Part shown: in pieces, positions 59,296-64,000 of the stretch | Layout of the letters: every line of letters starts with the position of its first letter | How positions within the stretch are numbered: the stretch's first letter is position 1 | Origin: Escherichia phage CMSTMSU | Sequence record: MH494197.1 | Length of the DNA: 64,000 nt | Direction: 5' to 3' (one strand) | The notes under the pieces: model-generated | Database searches by the model: none | Told to the model about the DNA's origin: nothing | The model's input: only the letters and a program-made list of their open reading frames with translations | Translations under genes and position numbers: made by a program

Positions 59296-59565
59296 CTATC
59301 CTTTACATTTTCAAGAGAAGTAGGTTCTCATTATCCATTTTTCAATGTCCGTTGTCATTTTACAATATACATTATATCACTAGGATGTATTATGTCCCGT
59401 TACATGTATACCTTTTTCAAATCCTTGGAACAACGGTCAAAATTGTGTTGATGAATTCGACATCCTCTTTGATATTGGAGTCTATAGCATCATTCTCGTT
59501 TCTTGTTGTGTTCCTGTATTTGTGTTCAGGGTGATTGTATACCACCTTGACTACATTATTTAGGT

Positions 59566-59811
59566 CTACAAAAATGACGATTTTTGCGTATAGGAAGCCT
59601 GAAGCTTGATGAGTTTACCATCGTTTTGTAGATTAGTCTTGTGAATTAGTTCTTCAATACCATCTAAATGGCTATAGCTATCCTGTTCTTTGACGAATGT
59701 AACAGTTACCAGTACTGACTTCTCATCTCCAAAGTCAGAGATATTTTTAACAGCACTGATGATTTCTAAGTTTGAAAAATCTAATTCTTTTAGCATTACA
59801 AATATTTCCAC
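59566..59811 (-). CDS. hypothetical protein
   Basis: ORF only. Confidence 0.3.
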   Translation of the reverse strand: MEIFVMLKELDFSNLEIISAVKNISDFGDEKSVLVTVTFVKEQDSYSHLDGIEELIHKTNLQNDGKLIKLQASYTQKSSFL

Positions 59812-60152
59812 AAAGTTCGATAAGTGATAATTTCTTCTCTGGTAACAGAAACTTCATAGCACTTAACACCATCAGTTTCATTTCTGAATGGTTCTGCTGG
59901 TCTATCTTCTGTTAAACCTCGTTCATACGTACAATGATAATATTTGTTCGTGTTCATGTCAAGAAAAACTAGATCAAATTCTTCTGTCCATCGTCTATGC
60001 CCTTTACTTTCATTACTAATGATTTTGTACTTAACATCGGGATTGAATGATTCAGTACTGTCATCCCATGTACCATAGTCAGTATATTCATCATCTTCAT
60101 CTAACTCTGCCAGATGCCACATTAACTGTGGTAAAAAGATTTTAGATTTCAT
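59796..60152 (-). CDS. hypothetical acidic protein
   Basis: ORF only. Confidence 0.35.
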   Translation of the reverse strand: MKSKIFLPQLMWHLAELDEDDEYTDYGTWDDSTESFNPDVKYKIISNESKGHRRWTEEFDLVFLDMNTNKYYHCTYERGLTEDRPAEPFRNETDGVKCYEVSVTREEIITYRTLWKYL

Positions 60153-60402
60153 TTATTTTCTCCAAAAATAGGGACTCGATTTCTCAAGTCCCTATCATAA
60201 CATATTAATTGTGATTATTCAATTTCTTTTGTTCTTTTTAGAGCTTTCATATGTCAAAATCACGAACATGCCATATATGGTCGGTTTCCCATAGTTCTGT
60301 ACGTAAACGGCGTTCTTCCAATTCTTCTGGAGTAGGAATTTTAGATTTCTTCTTATCTTTATTGAAAAATCATTCATATGTTCTTCCAGTAGATTTCTAC
60401 CC

Positions 60403-60807
60403 TTAACTTTTTCGGAATTCATCTACTGATTCAGTTTTATTAGAACGAAGACTGTTACAACGTGAACACATGGTGTTGTAATTTGACTCTAAATCAGGTC
60501 CACCCTTAGATGCTAGTTGGTTATGATCTACTGTCATCAGTACTTCATATAGACCACAAACTGCATAGACATTTAAGTGAGGTTTACCATATACCGGATC
60601 AGTGCTATGTGAACGCTCAATGCGAACTTCAGTGGCTTCAATACCACACGCAACGCATTTACAATTCTTAACGAATGTAAGTACTTTTTGTGGGAAGTAT
60701 CGGAAAGTAACACCGTTATATGTATAGCGTTTCATCTGTGTACTTCTTTGATTTAACTCATCAAGAAGTGATAGTTTGGCAACATAGTAGACCTGATATT
60801 TTGACAT
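60403..60807 (-). CDS. HNH endonuclease
   Basis: HNH core TVDHNQLASKGGPDLESNYNTMCSRCNSLR plus upstream Cys pair CKCVAC. Confidence 0.7.
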   Translation of the reverse strand: MSKYQVYYVAKLSLLDELNQRSTQMKRYTYNGVTFRYFPQKVLTFVKNCKCVACGIEATEVRIERSHSTDPVYGKPHLNVYAVCGLYEVLMTVDHNQLASKGGPDLESNYNTMCSRCNSLRSNKTESVDEFRKS

Positions 60808-60919
60808 TTTTAATCCTCGGATTTAATTTTAACCTTAACATCTTGATTTTGTAAATCACGAATAGTTTTAATTAATGCATCATGTTTTAGTGCACAGTCA
60901 TTGTACATTGCATCCCATT

Positions 60920-61123
60920 TTACGAGTACTGCAAGAATTTCAGCACCATCATATCCTCTGAACCCGTTTTATCGACCATGATTTTACTTGGTAGTGGTGT
61001 ATTTTCGTCACAACGTTCAAGTAAGATTTCTTGTTCTACAATTGGTTTAGGTTGATACTTAATTTCTTCAGCACAACCACTAATTAATAGAAAAGAAATT
61101 GCAAATACTAAAGCGTATTTCAT
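60920..61123 (-). CDS. small lipoprotein (o-spanin-like candidate)
   Basis: Signal peptide plus lipobox MKYALVFAISFLLISGC; Pro-containing mature part; start ATG overlaps upstream stop (ATGA). Confidence 0.5.
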   Translation of the reverse strand: MKYALVFAISFLLISGCAEEIKYQPKPIVEQEILLERCDENTPLPSKIMVDKTGSEDMMVLKFLQYS

Positions 61124-61492
61124 TTGAATTTATTCCTCGCTGCAAGGGAATTCTGTTTAAGTTCATTCAGAAGTTTAACGCCATCTTCATCTAGACATAC
61201 GTTTTTGTAAACTTCTCTTTCTACTATAATAGGCACTTGTGTCTCGATAACTTTAGCATTATCTTGCATTATCTTTTTGGTTTCTATATAGTTTTTGCAT
61301 TTTCTTGCTGCATCTTAGCGAGTGCAGAATCAACTTTCTTTTCTATTTTTGGTCAATACTTTCTTTATAACCAGTATAATAAGTATTTGCTGACCATCCA
61401 CCGTAAACACAACCTGCCATTACTCCTACTACCAAAATTGGTTTCCAATATGGTATTAAAACTTTTGAAACAATAATTTCTAGTACACTCAT
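61121..61492 (-). CDS. type II membrane protein with N-terminal TM and charged helical domain (i-spanin-like candidate; frame-broken)
   Basis: MSVLEIIVSKVLIPYWKPILVVGVMAGCVYGGW then Lys/Glu/Gln-rich segment; RBS AGGAGA. Confidence 0.4.
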
Positions 61493-61717
61493 AATAACAT
61501 CTCCTATAGTTGGTAATATTATTTAGAGTGTACTATATTATATGTTTACAACATTTTTGAATATGATCTACGAGTTTATACAGTTTAGTGTTTTCATTCT
61601 CGTATTCCAAATCAACTTCAACTTTGAATTCTTCTTCAAGTTCCATGATCATTTCAATCCAGTCAAGCCAATCGAATTTAAATTTTTCCACGACTTCACA
61701 TTTAGTAAGATGGAAGT

Positions 61718-63159
61718 TCATTGATACATCTTTTTCGGATGCATTTTGTCGCGACTTGTAATGAATTTGACAATTGCTTTTTCAACGTCAGTTAGTTCAC
61801 GTGTGCGATATTCTGGTTCAAGATACCATTCGCCATTATTGATAGCTTCCAACGAAAGTCTAAGTTCATGCATTAGTTTATAACGATCAGTACTTTTATG
61901 GATGCGGTTAACTTCGCGATTCAGTACACGTAGTGCGTCTTTGATTTGTTCGTTTAGCATAACAATCCTCTTATTTTTTCTGTACCATTGCATTTCACGG
62001 ATATCTAATAGTACCTTCGTAGCCAACTTTATGTTTGGTCGCTTCGGTAGATGGGTCTTATGATACGCCACATTTCGGATGTAGCCTTTTCGTTGAAATA
62101 ATCCATAACTTCTTGATACAACCACTTCCCGTTACGAATGTCCATCAACATAGCAGCATCCGGTCGGTGAACTTGGATGATGCCAGTTTCAAGTGCTTCC
62201 TGTGCTGTATTCAGCAGCCTGATTATGCATAGCATGTTTGCAGTCATAACCGTGGTGTGATTCAAGAATAGCACGTTTGGCATTACGATTCTGCTTCCAT
62301 TTGTGATAACTCTTACGGTTCTCACTATTTTCTTTGTATTCCTTTTCATTGAATTTTACAATGAGTTCAGGACGAACTTTCAATTCTTCTGTAGTACGTT
62401 CTTTGTTGAAGTAACGTAGTGAACCATCAGCATTCACTGTACTTTCATTCGGGTTGATAATTACCCCAAAGATGTTTTCACCGTAATGGATTAGTTCATA
62501 TCCAGAATTGTAATTCAATAAATTGAAATCACGATCTAATACTTTATCAGTACTATAATTATGTACTAAACGTACAAAATGATATTGTTTCAATGCTTGT
62601 GTTGAAACTTAATAAGTATCACGCATGTATTTTTCAAAATCAATTTTTGTAGCATTGAATGGGTGAAGATTGGATTTATTCAAACGTCAGAATATCATTC
62701 GTCAACTGGATGTTCTTCTAAAATTTCATTTAGTTTACGTTCAGCAATTCGTTCCTTATCGAGCCAGCCGTGGTGATTAGACATACGCTTAACCTGATTG
62801 TATGCATATCCACTGTATGAGTGTGCAATCTTTGAACTCAATAATTGCTGATTGAATGAGCGTAGATAGTCATAGATTTCAGTACTTTCTACGATGTGTT
62901 CCGGTTTAACCCATAGTGATTCAAGAATGTTTGGGTTAGCTTCAGTATGAACTTAAGTACTGATTGATTTCATAAAATTTAGTATCTTCTTCAGAAGTAT
63001 CTGAAACTTCCTTAACATTAAAAAAGGAGTTAGGATATATTCTTTGTTTGCAAGGAAGATACCACGATAATCTGTATCACTTTCTGGTGTGCTTGTGCCA
63101 TACGCCTGTGAACCAGCTAAGTGTTTCACAATAGTTTGTTCTAGAAAATTGTTTTTCAT
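61718..63159 (-). CDS. nucleotidyltransferase-fold (Pol-beta-like) protein, about 480 aa (heavily frame-broken)
   Basis: N-terminal LAGSQAYGTSTPESDTDYRGIF fits the G[GS]x9-13 D-h-[DE] motif; ORFs 62953-63159, 62189-62593, 62029-62349, 61718-62125 on the same strand. Confidence 0.35.
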
Positions 63160-63586
63160 AAGTAAATCGTTAACTCCTTTAGAAAACCATTATAGTATCG
63201 TTTAAAATCATGATCCAGTACTTGATAGTCATTGTAACTAAATCCAAGATTGATGATGGTATCTTCTTGGAAGAATTTCTCTTCATTCATTACTTCGATG
63301 GGTTCGTATTCTTTCCCACCTTTATATACTTTGTAAAGAACATACCATCATTGTTAATTTCAACGTACATGAAATTATTTTCTGGATCTCGTGGACACAC
63401 AATGTTTAGTGAACTTGTCCCATTGTTATTATATTCGTATGAAATAATATCAAAAGAATCGATACCATAACATTTGGACTTTTCTTTGTCACCAAGACTT
63501 TTCTATCTGTACTCATATTGCGTATAGTACTGTAGATATCATCGATTGTAGTCATAATTAACCACCGTACTTTGACTTATATGTTT

Positions 63587-63979
63587 CTAAAGATAAAGAA
63601 ATGCGATTTTGCTTTTAATTCTTTCATCAATATCCTTTGAATTCTTAACACTTCTGTATACATCAGCTAATAAATTATAATCTTCTTTATTTGAGCTATG
63701 TAATGCCCAACCTATATCTGTTTTGATTCGAACATATGCTTTATTTGATGTGAAATAAAAATTGAATCCGTTAGACCCATCAAAAATATCATAAGTATTT
63801 ACCCAATCTCCATAAGGAAAACTCATTGGTACTGACTCATAATCAATGGTGATATCCGATAAATTTTTAGAACAGTACTTTACAAAGTGGTAAACAATCG
63901 GATCACATTTTGATAATTCGTATTTGTATTCAATGATAGTTTTTCTATTAGTATCATTGATGGCATATTCTTTTATCAA
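63587..63979 (-). CDS. hypothetical protein, 130 aa
   Basis: ORF only. Confidence 0.35.
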   Translation of the reverse strand: MIKEYAINDTNRKTIIEYKYELSKCDPIVYHFVKYCSKNLSDITIDYESVPMSFPYGDWVNTYDIFDGSNGFNFYFTSNKAYVRIKTDIGWALHSSNKEDYNLLADVYRSVKNSKDIDERIKSKIAFLYL

Positions 63980-64000
63980 TGGACTTTTTGATGATAAGAG

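Overview
This window reads as one contiguous piece of a large, AT-rich, contractile-tailed (T4-like lineage) virulent phage genome; no integrase, rRNA, tRNA or CRISPR array was found. The plus-strand block at about 2.3-26 kb is a late structural module dominated by receptor-binding proteins: a collagen-like fibre protein, a pectate-lyase-like tailspike, and two tandem mosaic giant fibre genes of about 5 kb each. The minus strand carries a ClpA-like unfoldase (left edge), thymidylate synthase, a MoxR-type AAA+ ATPase with a VWA/metallopeptidase-like partner, a highly acidic protein, tail tube paralogs, tail sheath and dNMP kinase. From about 44 kb onward it is an early/accessory region of mostly small minus-strand genes, including a TARG1-like macro domain protein, two NUDIX hydrolases, glutaredoxin, CCA tRNA nucleotidyltransferase, a LysM/GH24 lysozyme, a candidate Acb1-like 2H phosphoesterase, thymidine kinase, a Dps-like protein, HNH endonuclease, a spanin-like pair and a nucleotidyltransferase-fold protein. 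Two promoter classes recur: sigma70-like TTGACA-N16-TGnTATAAT upstream of early genes, and a CTAAATA-containing motif upstream of structural genes. Most recognisable genes are split across two or more frames, and where paralogous copies can be compared the breaks fall in homopolymer runs, so I read them as single-base indel errors and report reconstructed gene spans. All protein identifications are from motif recognition by eye; no database search or HMM was run, and the small hypothetical ORFs are reported mainly as coordinates.
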